A DNA stretch of 64,000 nucleotides from an uncultured Chloroflexia bacterium (GTDB lineage: Bacteria > Chloroflexota > Ktedonobacteria > Ktedonobacterales > JADMIN01). The notes beneath the pieces are model-generated. The model did no database searches and was not told the origin of the DNA. It saw only the letters and a list, made by a program, of their open reading frames with translations. The stretch spans positions 642,103 through 706,102 of the forward strand of contig CAVRAI010000003.1 of NCBI GenBank assembly GCA_963718915.1. The letters are read 5' to 3'. Shown here piece after piece: positions 46,291 through 55,686 of this stretch. Made by a program: the position numbers and the translations under genes. Within the stretch, counting starts at the first letter, position 1. The number at the start of each line of letters is the position of its first letter.

Positions 46291-47289
46291 ATGAACAAAA
46301 CACTCACCCGCACAATCTGTTGCAAACTGGATGTTGACGGCCATGAAGTTGTCTTGGCCGCGACGCAACGCGCCTTCAACGCGGCAGCGACCTGGATTGC
46401 GCAGATATGCTGGGATGAGGGCATCACGAACACCAACACTGCCCACCATCGGGTCTATGGCGAGACGCGCCTGAACTTCGGCCTGGGCGCGCAATTGGCT
46501 GTCTGCGCCAGAGCCAAGGCGATTGAAGCCATCAAGGCGGTCAAGGCCAAGCGTCGCGAACAGACCGACACCTGCCCGCGCTTCGGGCCACGTGGCAGCA
46601 TTCGCTACGACGCCCGCACCTATCGCCTGATGAGTCTTGACCGTGTCTCGCTTAACACCCTGGATGGTCGTATCGTCTGCCGTCTGCTGTTGGGCGCGCG
46701 TCAGCATGAGATGCTGGTAGACCCGGCATGGACGATTGGCGGTGCTGATCTGGTCTGGCGGCGTGGGGTCTACTACCTGCATGTCACGCAAAGCCGCGAA
46801 GCGCCGGATGTCTTGGAGCCAAATAGTGGCACACATAGTGGCACACTGGGTGTTGACCTGGGCATTGTGAATCTGGCCACCGATAGTGAGGGTGAGTCGT
46901 TTAGCGGCACGACGGTGAAGAAAGCCGTCGTCTCGTGCAAGGCAATCGCTCTCGAAGACCTCAGCGGAATCCGAGAGCGGGTCACGGTTCGTCACGAACA
47001 TCGCTACGAACGGCATTCCTGGGCCTTCTACCAATTGCGCTCCTTTCTCACCTACAAAGCCGCATGGGCCGACGTGTCGCTGCATCTGGTAGACCCTCGG
47101 AATACCAGCCGCACGTGCTCGGCTTGTGGCCATTGTGAGAAGGCGAATCGGAAGAGCCAAGAGTCGTTCCTCTGCCAGCGATGTGGCTTCGCACTCAATG
47201 CGGACTACAATGCCGCCATCAACATCTCGCGAAAAGAATCCTATCGGGCCGCAGTCAATCGGCCTATGGCGTCACCCCTCGCGGGGTAG
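46291..47289 (+). CDS. tnpB: TnpB (IS200/IS605-family OrfB, RNA-guided nuclease type) with an internal deletion of about 50-55 aa
   Basis: RuvC-I GVDLGIVNLA (D189), RuvC-II AIALEDL (E222), zinc ribbon TCSACGH...CQRCG, RuvC-III NADYNAAINI (D305). D-to-E spacing is 33 aa versus about 85 in full-length TnpB. No tnpA is adjacent. Confidence 0.8.
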   Translation: MNKTLTRTICCKLDVDGHEVVLAATQRAFNAAATWIAQICWDEGITNTNTAHHRVYGETRLNFGLGAQLAVCARAKAIEAIKAVKAKRREQTDTCPRFGPRGSIRYDARTYRLMSLDRVSLNTLDGRIVCRLLLGARQHEMLVDPAWTIGGADLVWRRGVYYLHVTQSREAPDVLEPNSGTHSGTLGVDLGIVNLATDSEGESFSGTTVKKAVVSCKAIALEDLSGIRERVTVRHEHRYERHSWAFYQLRSFLTYKAAWADVSLHLVDPRNTSRTCSACGHCEKANRKSQESFLCQRCGFALNADYNAAINISRKESYRAAVNRPMASPLAG

Positions 47290-47400
47290 ATGCAAGCCCC
47301 CGGCTTTAGTCGTGGGGTAGTTGACGGTGCGTTCCTTCTGGCAATGCTGACAATGGATCGTGAGTGTGCTGAGAGTCGGGCGCTCGTTTCAGCGCGGTAT
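47150..47400 (+). ncRNA. Possible omega-RNA / right-end region of the TnpB element (boundaries not determined)
   Basis: By analogy with IS605-family elements, whose guide RNA overlaps the tnpB 3' end. An imperfect hairpin gcccccggctttagtcgtggggt lies just after the stop. No boundary is proven. Confidence 0.25.
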
Positions 47401-47406
47401 TCGCGA

Positions 47407-48003
47407 TCAGGACGGCGAGTAGAAGTGATCGAGACGTAGCGTGCCCAGCGCCAGGCCACACCGTATGCGCAGATAGCCCAGCGCCGCGGCGAAGAGTCCA
47501 ATGACCGGAACAGCCATACCAGCGCTGGTCATTGGCAACGCAAGCAGCGCGCCAGCAAAGACGATGGCAATCGCCCCGGCAAACAGGCATGCGCGCGCTG
47601 GTGGTAACGCATAGCGATGCGTAGTGGGTTGGCTCGCGGCCAGTTCCCGGCCAAACCGGATGCCGATGTAGACCTCGGCGATGCCCATCACGCCAGCCCA
47701 GGCAATTATTGGGATCTCGGCGATGTGGATATTGTGCGGCGCTGTGCGTATGTCGGAGAGGCTGACCGCCGCGACAGTCACGCCGACGAGGCCCTCCGCC
47801 AGCAGTAACATGCCACACATCCCCAACCCCACCGCGATCCCGCCAGCGAGCGCGACGATACTATCGACGAGGATGTACGCGCCGAGGGCCGCCGTCACCA
47901 TGGTCATCGAGACATGTGATTGCAGGAGCACTATCAGGGCGATGGTTAGTGCGGCAACCCCGCGTACCACCGCTACCCACCACGCGTGTGTTAAGGCGAT
48001 CAT
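47407..48003 (-). CDS. HdeD/DUF308-like membrane protein
   Basis: MIALTHAWWVAVVRGVAALTIALIVLL... with six hydrophobic helices in a repeating pattern. Confidence 0.55.
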   Translation of the reverse strand: MIALTHAWWVAVVRGVAALTIALIVLLQSHVSMTMVTAALGAYILVDSIVALAGGIAVGLGMCGMLLLAEGLVGVTVAAVSLSDIRTAPHNIHIAEIPIIAWAGVMGIAEVYIGIRFGRELAASQPTTHRYALPPARACLFAGAIAIVFAGALLALPMTSAGMAVPVIGLFAAALGYLRIRCGLALGTLRLDHFYSPS

Positions 48004-48404
48004 GGCTCATCCCTCTCCATGGGCTTTGATGAGCGCCGATCAAATTGGGAGCAGTTATCCGTACCAGGCGACCACTCTAGCGACCGCCTGGCTGGCATGC
48101 GGCGAGTGTGATCAAGTGCGTCATGCGTGTGGATGCAAGTGTAGGAGGAGTGGAGTATACGTGCATGGGCCAAAGGTTGCAACTCCTTGCGCGACAACAA
48201 TACCCCTTTTGGCGCGCATGATCGCGTTATGGCTGAAGGTTCCTGACTGGCCGTCGCGCTTATGAAAATCAACGCTGTAATACGGATGCATCCTTTAGCG
48301 GATTTCAGGACACGATGGCATGATGCATGCTAAGGGGGGATGCGGGATAAGGGAGTACAAGAACGCGAGGAGTGTGCATTGTGATGTAAGGAAGGGCGAG
48401 CGCT

Positions 48405-49637
48405 ATGGTCACCAATGCTATGGTCGCCGACGATGCTGTAACAATCGTGCAGCAAGATCCCATTCAACTCGTTCAAGCAAAAGTGCCGCTCGACTCGGCC
48501 GCGGATACGTTCGCCACCCGAGATGCCTGGGGCCGCATACCGATTGCCATCGTACCAACCAGACTGAGCCATATCCGCAATGACCATATGATTGCGGCGA
48601 TTGCCATCGCGATCCTGGCGGTGCTGGCACAGACGGCGCTCTCGACCTGGTGGATTGTGCCGCTGATTATCCCACTCGCCCTCGCGCTCATCATCTACGC
48701 GCTCTGGAGCGCCTTCTTCGTATCCATCCCTGAAGGCGCAAGCGGACTCCTTAGCTGGGGTGGCAGATACCTGCGCACCATCAATAGTGGCATGCACATG
48801 GTGCCACCGTGGGTGGTTGTCTCGCACCTGGTGACACTGCGCGAGATCCCCTTCGACATCCCGGTGGTCGAGGCCCAGACCAAAGACAATGTGCGTGTGA
48901 CCGTCACCTCACTCTGCACCTTCGCGATAAACGATCCCTATCGTTTCGTCTTCGCGATCCCCGCCGACGATTTCAGCCAGGTGTTGCACGCCTCCTGCCA
49001 GGAGGAGTTGCGCGGTGTGATCCGCCAGGTTCGCGCTGAAGAGGTCGTTGACCTCGTGCGGGCAGAGCGGGAAAACCTTGCCGATGCCATCAGTGCGGAT
49101 GTGGCGCAGTATGGCATTGAGATCATGAAGATGAAAGTGACCTATGTCCGGCTCCCGGAAGAGTTCCTCCGGCTGCAGGAGCAGCGGCAACTGGCATTGT
49201 GGCAGCGCGAGGAGCAAGCCGATTCGCATGCGCTCGCGCGGAAGCAACAGGAGCATACGCACCTGCTTGCGCACCAGGAACTGAACGCGCGCCTCGACCG
49301 CGACCGCGATGCGCTCCAGTTGAAGATCCAGCAGGCCGAGGCCCTCAAGCAGGTCTCGAAGCTGGAGGCGGAAGCTGAGGAACTGCGGATGGCCAAGCTC
49401 GATGATCGTCTGCGCTCCTTCCCGCGCGCCGCGAAGTATGACCAGGAGATCGAGCGTCGCCGCGCGTCCACTGTTCCGCCAGCGCCCGTGAGCAACAGCC
49501 ATCCAAGGGTTCAGGGCGCCAACGTCGGCTCCGACACCGATCCTGGCTCTGACGACATCGCTCATCCGTTCGTGGCGCAGAATTCGCTCCAGCATTCCGC
49601 GCTGCGTTCCTTGGGGGCTAGGAATATACCGGGGTAG
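48405..49637 (+). CDS. SPFH/band 7 domain protein with long coiled-coil tail
   Basis: N-terminal TMs, then LRTINSGMHMVPPWVVVSHLVTLREIPFDIPVVEAQTKDNVRVTVTSLCTFAINDPYRFVF (SPFH core), then an E/Q/R-rich coiled coil. Confidence 0.85.
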   Translation: MVTNAMVADDAVTIVQQDPIQLVQAKVPLDSAADTFATRDAWGRIPIAIVPTRLSHIRNDHMIAAIAIAILAVLAQTALSTWWIVPLIIPLALALIIYALWSAFFVSIPEGASGLLSWGGRYLRTINSGMHMVPPWVVVSHLVTLREIPFDIPVVEAQTKDNVRVTVTSLCTFAINDPYRFVFAIPADDFSQVLHASCQEELRGVIRQVRAEEVVDLVRAERENLADAISADVAQYGIEIMKMKVTYVRLPEEFLRLQEQRQLALWQREEQADSHALARKQQEHTHLLAHQELNARLDRDRDALQLKIQQAEALKQVSKLEAEAEELRMAKLDDRLRSFPRAAKYDQEIERRRASTVPPAPVSNSHPRVQGANVGSDTDPGSDDIAHPFVAQNSLQHSALRSLGARNIPG

Positions 49638-49683
49638 CGGCCAGGGACGGACAAGCTCTAGCTGGCGGGTCAGCCAGAAAGGG

Positions 49684-50088
49684 ATGCTGGATATGGAGAG
49701 ACAGCGCCGCTACCTGGCGTGGTTATTCGCGCTCGTCGCCGCCATCTCGCTGCTGTTTGCCGGGATACGGGGCGCGCAGGTCGCGCTGGACGCCTTGAGG
49801 CAGCTCATGCTCTTCAAGGTGACGCCATTCGCGACGGAGATGCGTGATACGCTGGTGCTGGCAGGGATCGCCCTTCTGGCTGGAACATGCGCCATTCTCA
49901 TCGCCCCGCGGCGCGTCACTATTGTCTACCGGATCATCTCCGATAAGCACGAGAAGGGGATTGCGGTCCGTGATGTGCAGCCGAGCCTATCCAATGTACG
50001 TTTCATGCGGATTGACGCTCGCACGCACGCGCATGGGGAGAAGGCCGTGTTCCACGACCACGGCGCCAGCGGGAAGCGCCCGGCATAA
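49684..50088 (+). CDS. Hypothetical two-TM protein downstream of the SPFH gene
   Basis: ORF 49684..50088. TMs YLAWLFALVAAISLLFAGI and LVLAGIALLAGTCAILIA. No clear NfeD motif. Confidence 0.45.
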   Translation: MLDMERQRRYLAWLFALVAAISLLFAGIRGAQVALDALRQLMLFKVTPFATEMRDTLVLAGIALLAGTCAILIAPRRVTIVYRIISDKHEKGIAVRDVQPSLSNVRFMRIDARTHAHGEKAVFHDHGASGKRPA

Positions 50089-50106
50089 GGACATCGCGAG
50101 CAGCGC

Positions 50107-51210
50107 TCAGGCGGCGTCAGTCTTTGGCAGAAGCCGCATAAGCCACTCCGGCCTGCTCGCCAGATAGGCTCCCAGCGCCACGACCAGGCCGATAAACAAG
50201 CCAACGACGAGCGTTCCTTGCAGGTTTGCCTGCACCAGCCCCGCCAGCGCCGCCGTGATCTCGTGCGCTGGGCTTGCCGTCACTGCGGCGGGGATGTTGC
50301 CCAATACGATCTGCGCCACCAGCATCGCCACGAGGAAGAGCGCCGCCGTCACGCCTCCCAGCAGCAGCAGCGTTCGCCATCGGTTCGCCGCGAGCCAGAG
50401 CGCCAGTATCGCCAGTACGAGTGTCACGAGAGGCAGGATGACTTGCAGCGCGTCCAGAATGGAGACGATGCGCTGCGCCGTTCTGAGAGTATCGCTCTGA
50501 AACAGGGTGATGAGGCCAAAATCAGGGGCAAGTTGGACGCCCAGCGCTTGCGCAAGCTCCTGCCGCGCCTGTGCTGGGGTCTGAGCGGCAGAGAGGTCGG
50601 GAATCGTTACGCCGAATGGGATGATGCCGGGCGCCGCCTGCTGCAGACGGCTCAGCATCGCGGCGAGTATTGGCAGCAGGTCTAACGTCACCGTGCCATT
50701 CGCCGTGCCGATTGTGGAGGTCTGGCCCCGCAGCAACGCGACCAGCCCGGCGTGACCCCGGCGCACCTGGGCCTGCCAGAGCGCCTGCCCCTGGTCGCTG
50801 TTGAGGAAATCCGCCGTGCGTGTCTGGACGAAGTCGTGGACGATGCGCTCCAGTGGGCCAGTGAGAAACCGACCGTCAATCGGCAGCGCGTTGGCCGTCC
50901 GGTTCTGGATGTCGAGCGCGGTGACGACCTGATCGGCGACATACTGGCTGACGCTGTTGATGACCTGCGGATCGCTCCCGAGTGGCGCGACCAATGCCAC
51001 GAAGTGATCCGTGTTCAGCATGGTCGATTCGACCCAGATCACCAGCGTGCTCGCCAGCACGCCGCTGCATGTCAGGATAACCAGTATGACCAATAGCCAC
51101 GTGGGCAATGTGCGACGACTGGCGCGGGGCGTGGGTGTAGGCGCCGCCTGACGTTCCGGCTGATGCTCGCTCGCACTGGCCATGCCCCACCTCCGGCGAC
51201 GAGCCAGCAA
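50107..51210 (-). CDS. Hypothetical integral membrane protein
   Basis: ORF 50107..51210 (ATG 51183 is also possible). N-terminal TM, a large middle domain and C-terminal TMs. Confidence 0.55.
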   Translation of the reverse strand: MLARRRRWGMASASEHQPERQAAPTPTPRASRRTLPTWLLVILVILTCSGVLASTLVIWVESTMLNTDHFVALVAPLGSDPQVINSVSQYVADQVVTALDIQNRTANALPIDGRFLTGPLERIVHDFVQTRTADFLNSDQGQALWQAQVRRGHAGLVALLRGQTSTIGTANGTVTLDLLPILAAMLSRLQQAAPGIIPFGVTIPDLSAAQTPAQARQELAQALGVQLAPDFGLITLFQSDTLRTAQRIVSILDALQVILPLVTLVLAILALWLAANRWRTLLLLGGVTAALFLVAMLVAQIVLGNIPAAVTASPAHEITAALAGLVQANLQGTLVVGLFIGLVVALGAYLASRPEWLMRLLPKTDAA

Positions 51211-51246
51211 AACGTCAGGCGCTCGCGGTGATTGCAGTTCTCGCGA

Positions 51247-51951
51247 TTACCGCTGTACGGCCGGATCCGTCCCGGCTGTGGGTGTCGACGGGAGCGCTAC
51301 GTTGGGCGCATAGGCGCTTGTGCGCTCGGGCCAGTTCGGCTCCAGATTGTATCGCTCGGGGAGGAGTATCTGAACCGCAGCGCCCGCTGCGGCAATCAAC
51401 AGGAAAACCAGTCCCCAGAACCACGAATCGCGGAGAAACGCGCCGACGACACCCCATTGTAGCGCTGCCAGCGGGATGCGGCCAATCGTCAGCAAAATCC
51501 CCGTCAGGATCATGCTTGCTCCGAGCAGCGCGGTGAGCGCGATAACGAATAACTGTGGCACATTCAGCAGAACGACCAGAATGCAAAGCCCCAGCGCCAC
51601 GACAAGTCCGACGATGAAGAGTACGAAGCCCGACGTGACGCCCAACCCCGACAGGAATCCGGTGACGAGTTCGTAGGCAAAGGCCCCGGCCAGCACGACG
51701 ACTGCCCCATAGTAGAAGAAGTAGGCGATCACCGCGCAGAAGATGCCGACGACGAAGCCGAACACCCAGCCGCTGATGGTTGCCAGGAAGCCCCCGCCGA
51801 ACAGCTCCTGAATTGCCTGGGCGGTTACCACAAATCCGCCGAAGAAGCCGATGATTGGTAGCACCAGGACGAAGACCCGGAAGCCAGCGAAGCAGAGCGC
51901 CAGCCCAATGAGGATCTGTAGCAGAGACGCAAAGATGATCTGGAAGAACAT
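51247..51951 (-). CDS. DUF4203-like polytopic membrane protein
   Basis: Inner start ATG 51951 of ORF 51247..51978. MFFQIIFASLLQILIGLALCFAGFRVFVLVLPIIGFFGGFVV... with 7 hydrophobic helices. Confidence 0.55.
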   Translation of the reverse strand: MFFQIIFASLLQILIGLALCFAGFRVFVLVLPIIGFFGGFVVTAQAIQELFGGGFLATISGWVFGFVVGIFCAVIAYFFYYGAVVVLAGAFAYELVTGFLSGLGVTSGFVLFIVGLVVALGLCILVVLLNVPQLFVIALTALLGASMILTGILLTIGRIPLAALQWGVVGAFLRDSWFWGLVFLLIAAAGAAVQILLPERYNLEPNWPERTSAYAPNVALPSTPTAGTDPAVQR

Positions 51952-52041
51952 ACCTCTCACCCTCCATCTATGGCACATGCCGTCCGCGCATCTGGTAATC
52001 AGCGGGCGGACGGCTCTCTTGTGGCTCCGCTAGAAGCCGCG

Positions 52042-52974
52042 CTAGAAGAGCGCGCCGCCAGTGAGCTGATTGACGATCGTTTTCATGCGATTCGAGGAGA
52101 TAGCGAAACCGATGCCATTGGCGGCAACCCCGGTCGAAGGCTCTACCGCTGCGAGGGTCGGGATGCCGACAAGCTGCCCTTGCAGGTTGACCAGCGCCCC
52201 ACCACTATTGCCAGGGTTGATCGGCGCGCTCGTCTGGATCATGCCAGTGATCGTGAATCGCTGGTTATCCACCACCTCGGTCGCGGAACGATTGAGCGCG
52301 CTGATGATGCCGGATGTGGCCGATTGCTCGAGTCCCAGTGGGCTGCCCACGGCAAGGGCAAACTCGCCGACCACCACCTTGCTGGAATCGCCAACTGCTA
52401 TCGGCTTGAGGTCGGTCGCATTGACTTTCAGCACCGCCAGGTCTTCGGAGGGCGCCTCGCCGATCAGCGTGGCGGGAATCTGCTGGCCATTTGCCAGCAG
52501 CACTGTATAGGTAGAGAGGCCGTGAACGACGTGGCTATTCGTCACGATGTAGCCATCCGAGGTCAGAATCTCGCCTGACCCGATGCTTCCGCCCGTGAGG
52601 CCGCCGCGCCCCTGTATCTGCACGACCGATGGATCGACGTTATGGATGACGTTGATGGTGGTCGCCTCGATGTCCGTACCGGAGGGCGCCGATGAGGTAG
52701 ACGACGTGCCATTAGTCCTCCCAGCTAACGTCCCCGCCCCAAAGATGAGACCGAAAAGCACAGCCGCGCCGAGGGCAATCCAGAGCGGTCGCCAGGAATG
52801 GCCTTGTCTCGTCTGTTGCGCGGTCGGTGGTGGCGCGGATGGCGCAATCGATGGCGTGGCTTGTGGTGCGACAGGTGGCGTGGCTGGAGAGGTTGCGCCA
52901 TTCACTGGCATACTGGTAGAAACCGGCGAATTAGGTACGTTGAAGGCGCGTGGATCCCTGGAATTGTCTTGCAT
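52042..52974 (-). CDS. S1C (HtrA-like) serine protease without PDZ domain
   Basis: ORF 52042..53016, start preferred at ATG 52974 (AGGAG 7 nt upstream). TM RPLWIALGAAVLFGLIFGAG. TNSHVV, DLAVLKV, GNSGGALVNL. The protein ends right after the protease domain. Confidence 0.8.
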   Translation of the reverse strand: MQDNSRDPRAFNVPNSPVSTSMPVNGATSPATPPVAPQATPSIAPSAPPPTAQQTRQGHSWRPLWIALGAAVLFGLIFGAGTLAGRTNGTSSTSSAPSGTDIEATTINVIHNVDPSVVQIQGRGGLTGGSIGSGEILTSDGYIVTNSHVVHGLSTYTVLLANGQQIPATLIGEAPSEDLAVLKVNATDLKPIAVGDSSKVVVGEFALAVGSPLGLEQSATSGIISALNRSATEVVDNQRFTITGMIQTSAPINPGNSGGALVNLQGQLVGIPTLAAVEPSTGVAANGIGFAISSNRMKTIVNQLTGGALF

Positions 52975-53531
52975 ATAGTGGCTCCTGGTTGGGACGTTCT
53001 GCAGCCCCTTCAGCATTGCCTTACAGCGCGGACTCCAGAAAGCCCTGTTTTAATGGAAGTCTGCCGCTCCACATGAAGTACCCGGACGCCTCACACATGA
53101 TGGAGTATCAGGTATGAGGCGTCGGGCAGATACGCAGACATCGCTGGTCACAAGTGTACGAGTTGGCAGCGCCTGTTTCACCACCTGTCGGGTGAGTCCA
53201 AACGACGTGTTTTGTAGCTGTCCAAAGCTACGACACGCGCCTATCCCGAAGGGGAGCATCGGCTTGCCATGTTGCGTCGCCGATGTGCCATGTCGGGCGC
53301 TCTGGGCCATCCATCGGTGCGCCAACTCACCCTGGAGGGAGATAGCCGCTCACCTTGATGTCTCACCCAGGGTGTGAAGCTCATAGGCAAGGCGCATGCC
53401 TATACTTGGTTTATGCTGGCTGGATTCTGGGGGATTTTCGGCGTCGAGTCAGCGGCTTTCAATGCTGGATTATTGATCCATGGTGTTGACAGAACCATTC
53501 TGTATGCTTTGCCCGAAGGAGAAGAAACGAC

Positions 53532-54107
53532 ATGAGCGATCTGGTTGCCATCACATACCCAGATATCAATCAGGCACAGAAAACACTCGATACGCTGAAG
53601 CGCATGGTGGTTGAGCATCTGCTTGAGCTAGACGATGCCGTCTATGTCACCAAGGATAGTAACGGCGCGGTGGATATGCATCAGATGATTAACCTGCCCG
53701 CGGCGGGCGCGGCGACTGGCGGCGCGACCGGCGCCCTCTGGGGAACGCTGATCGGCCTGCTCTTCCTCTCGCCACTCGCGGGGGCTGCCATTGGGGCAGC
53801 GGTTGGCGCGGGCACGGGCGCCATCGCGGGAAAGATGAGCGACTATGGTATTGACGATAACTTTGTCCAAGACCTGAGCGCCCATATGCCGCCGAATAGC
53901 TCGGCCATCTTCGTCCTGGTGCGCAATGTGACGGTGGATAAGGTGATCCCAGAGATCAGCAAATATGGCGGCACGGTCATGCGTACCTCGCTCTCGGACG
54001 ATGCGGAACAACGCCTTCAGGCAGCGCTCGCGCAACGATCAACCGCTGGGGCGTCGGCCGCCGCAACTCCACCGACAACCACTGACACGCCATCGCAGCC
54101 AGCGTAG
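53532..54107 (+). CDS. DUF1269 domain-containing membrane protein (cassette B)
   Basis: AAGGAGAAG upstream. MSDLVAITYPDINQAQKTLDTLKRM..., Gly-zipper GAATGGATGALWGTLIGLLFLSPLAGAAIGAAVGAGTGAIAG, YGIDDNF...PNSSAIFVLV. Confidence 0.8.
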   Translation: MSDLVAITYPDINQAQKTLDTLKRMVVEHLLELDDAVYVTKDSNGAVDMHQMINLPAAGAATGGATGALWGTLIGLLFLSPLAGAAIGAAVGAGTGAIAGKMSDYGIDDNFVQDLSAHMPPNSSAIFVLVRNVTVDKVIPEISKYGGTVMRTSLSDDAEQRLQAALAQRSTAGASAAATPPTTTDTPSQPA

Positions 54108-54240
54108 GCTGGTTAGAAGACAAACAGTCTGAGAAAAGTCTGAGAAAAGCCGGAGGCATCGTGCCATAGATGCCTCTTGCGGAACATAAGCAGGCGCGCG
54201 AGAGCTACGCGCGCCTCGCCAGATGATTGCGAGGCCTGAG

Positions 54241-54672
54241 ATGGGACTTGGCCCGGTCGAATATGTCATGATTGAGTTTCCAGGCGCTACCGAGATTGGC
54301 GACATCGAGCCAGCGCTTCAGGAACTGGTGTCCTCAGGGACTGTCCGCATTATCGACCTGATGTTTATCAAGAAAGATGCGGAGGGGCACATCCAGGCGC
54401 TGGAGGTTGACCAACTCGACAGCGTGAGCGCTCACCGGTATGAGGAGCTGGACGCCGAGGTCGACGACCTGGTGAATATGGAAGATATCGAAATCGCTGC
54501 GGCGGAACTATTGCCTGATAGCATCGCGGTGGTGCTGGTCTGGGAGGATGCCTGGGCCAAACGGTTCGGGGAGACCATGCGGGCCGCGGGCGGGCGTGTG
54601 GTGGAAATCGAGCGGATTCCTAGCGAGGTGGTCGAAGCGGCTATGAGGGCAAGCGTGGGAGCGGATGCGTAG
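54241..54672 (+). CDS. DUF6325-like soluble protein (cassette B)
   Basis: ORF 54223..54672, start preferred at ATG 54241. MGLGPVEYVMIEFPGATEIGDIEPALQELVSSGTVRIIDLMFIKKDAEG. Confidence 0.7.
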   Translation: MGLGPVEYVMIEFPGATEIGDIEPALQELVSSGTVRIIDLMFIKKDAEGHIQALEVDQLDSVSAHRYEELDAEVDDLVNMEDIEIAAAELLPDSIAVVLVWEDAWAKRFGETMRAAGGRVVEIERIPSEVVEAAMRASVGADA

Positions 54673-54706
54673 AGCCTGAACTGCGGTAGAGAGGACGAAC
54701 CCGATT

Positions 54707-55120
54707 ATGATGCGACGAGGTGGAGCACTGGGACGGCGCGGCCCTGGCCTGCTTGGAACGATGGCGCGAACCGCGGTGATCGCGGGGACGGCCACGGCGG
54801 TCTCCAAAGGGGTGAGTGGTTCAATGAATCAACGCGCCGCACAACAACAGACGGCGCAGCAACAGCAACAGCAGGCGGCATTTGACGCGGGCTACCAGCA
54901 GGCGCAGACGCAAGAACAGGCGCAACAACAGCAACAGCAACAGCAGCAGATGCAGGCGGCTCAGGCTCAGGCTGGGGCGCCACAGGCCGCTAGCCCGGCC
55001 TCGACTACCGATGCCATGATCGCGCAATTGCAACAACTGGCCGAGCTACAGAAGCTGGGGATTCTGACGCCAGACGAATTCGCCCAGCAGAAGGCGAGGG
55101 TTTTAGGCGGCGCGAACTAA
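54707..55120 (+). CDS. SHOCT domain-containing protein with poly-Q linker (cassette B)
   Basis: MMRRGGALGRRG..., Q-rich linker, C-terminal IAQLQQLAELQKLGILTPDEFAQQKARVLG. Confidence 0.75.
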   Translation: MMRRGGALGRRGPGLLGTMARTAVIAGTATAVSKGVSGSMNQRAAQQQTAQQQQQQAAFDAGYQQAQTQEQAQQQQQQQQQMQAAQAQAGAPQAASPASTTDAMIAQLQQLAELQKLGILTPDEFAQQKARVLGGAN

Positions 55121-55216
55121 AAGTATCCAGATGATACTGATTTGGGATAAGGTGTTGTGCTATTACAACGCCGTAGCATGACGCAGGTTTACAAAATAGG
55201 AGGGGCACGCCAGGAG

Positions 55217-55590
55217 GCAGGCGACTGAAGTCGCGCCTGAAGGGCCTGCCTGCTGCGCCTGCTGCGCACGCTCCGCCACAAAACCCGCCTGCGCGGGTTG
55301 CAGAGACGCACTCCCAACGCGTGTCGCGCGCGTGTCGCGCCGGGCAGCGTCTGGCTCTGGGGAGTCCGCGACGGCGGACTTGGTGGCCGCAGGCCCTTCA
55401 GGCGCGGTTTGAACCGCCCGCGCCCCTCCGCGCATGGCCCTCGTACTTTCTAAAACCACATCAGGCTGCGGCGAATGGGGCGGAGCGGCGGGAAATTCGC
55501 CGTAGCGTTCACGCTACGGCCTGCCTCGCCCGCCACGACGTGTGGGGTTCGGACGAAAAAGTGAACGTTCATTACGCTACGGCCAGCATC
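55217..55590 (+). repeat. REP-like multi-hairpin array, copy A
   Basis: Chain of GC-rich stem-loops: GCGAC-tgaa-GTCGC, CCCGC-ctgc-GCGGG, GTCCGC-gacg-GCGGAC, GCGG-tttgaa-CCGC, GGCGAAT...ATTCGCC, CCGTAGCG-ttca-CGCTACGG. Its reverse complement recurs at 61691..61953. Confidence 0.75.
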
Positions 55591-55686
55591 CTCAAACACC
55601 AACCCCAGATGTGGATACTGCGAAAAGCGGGGGCGTGATAGTCTGTCATAATGGCTATCATACCCCCGCTCGGTGATTCGGGCTTT

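Noticed and set aside
51215-51967. A 250-aa ORF overlapping the DUF4203-like gene on the same strand in another frame.
   Set aside because: It is Arg/Gly/Pro-rich with no hydrophobic pattern. The alternative frame gives a coherent 7-helix membrane protein.
53485-53507. A sigma70-like promoter (TTGACA ... TATGCT) upstream of cassette B.
   Set aside because: By my count the spacing between the two hexamers is only about 11 nt, far from the 16-18 nt optimum.
55163-55638. ORFs inside the REP-like arrays (55163..55459, 55321..55638, 61670..61975, 61677..61979, 61710..62219).
   Set aside because: The reading frames are open only because of GC-rich palindromes. The same DNA occurs in both orientations, and the translations are Ala/Arg/Pro low-complexity.
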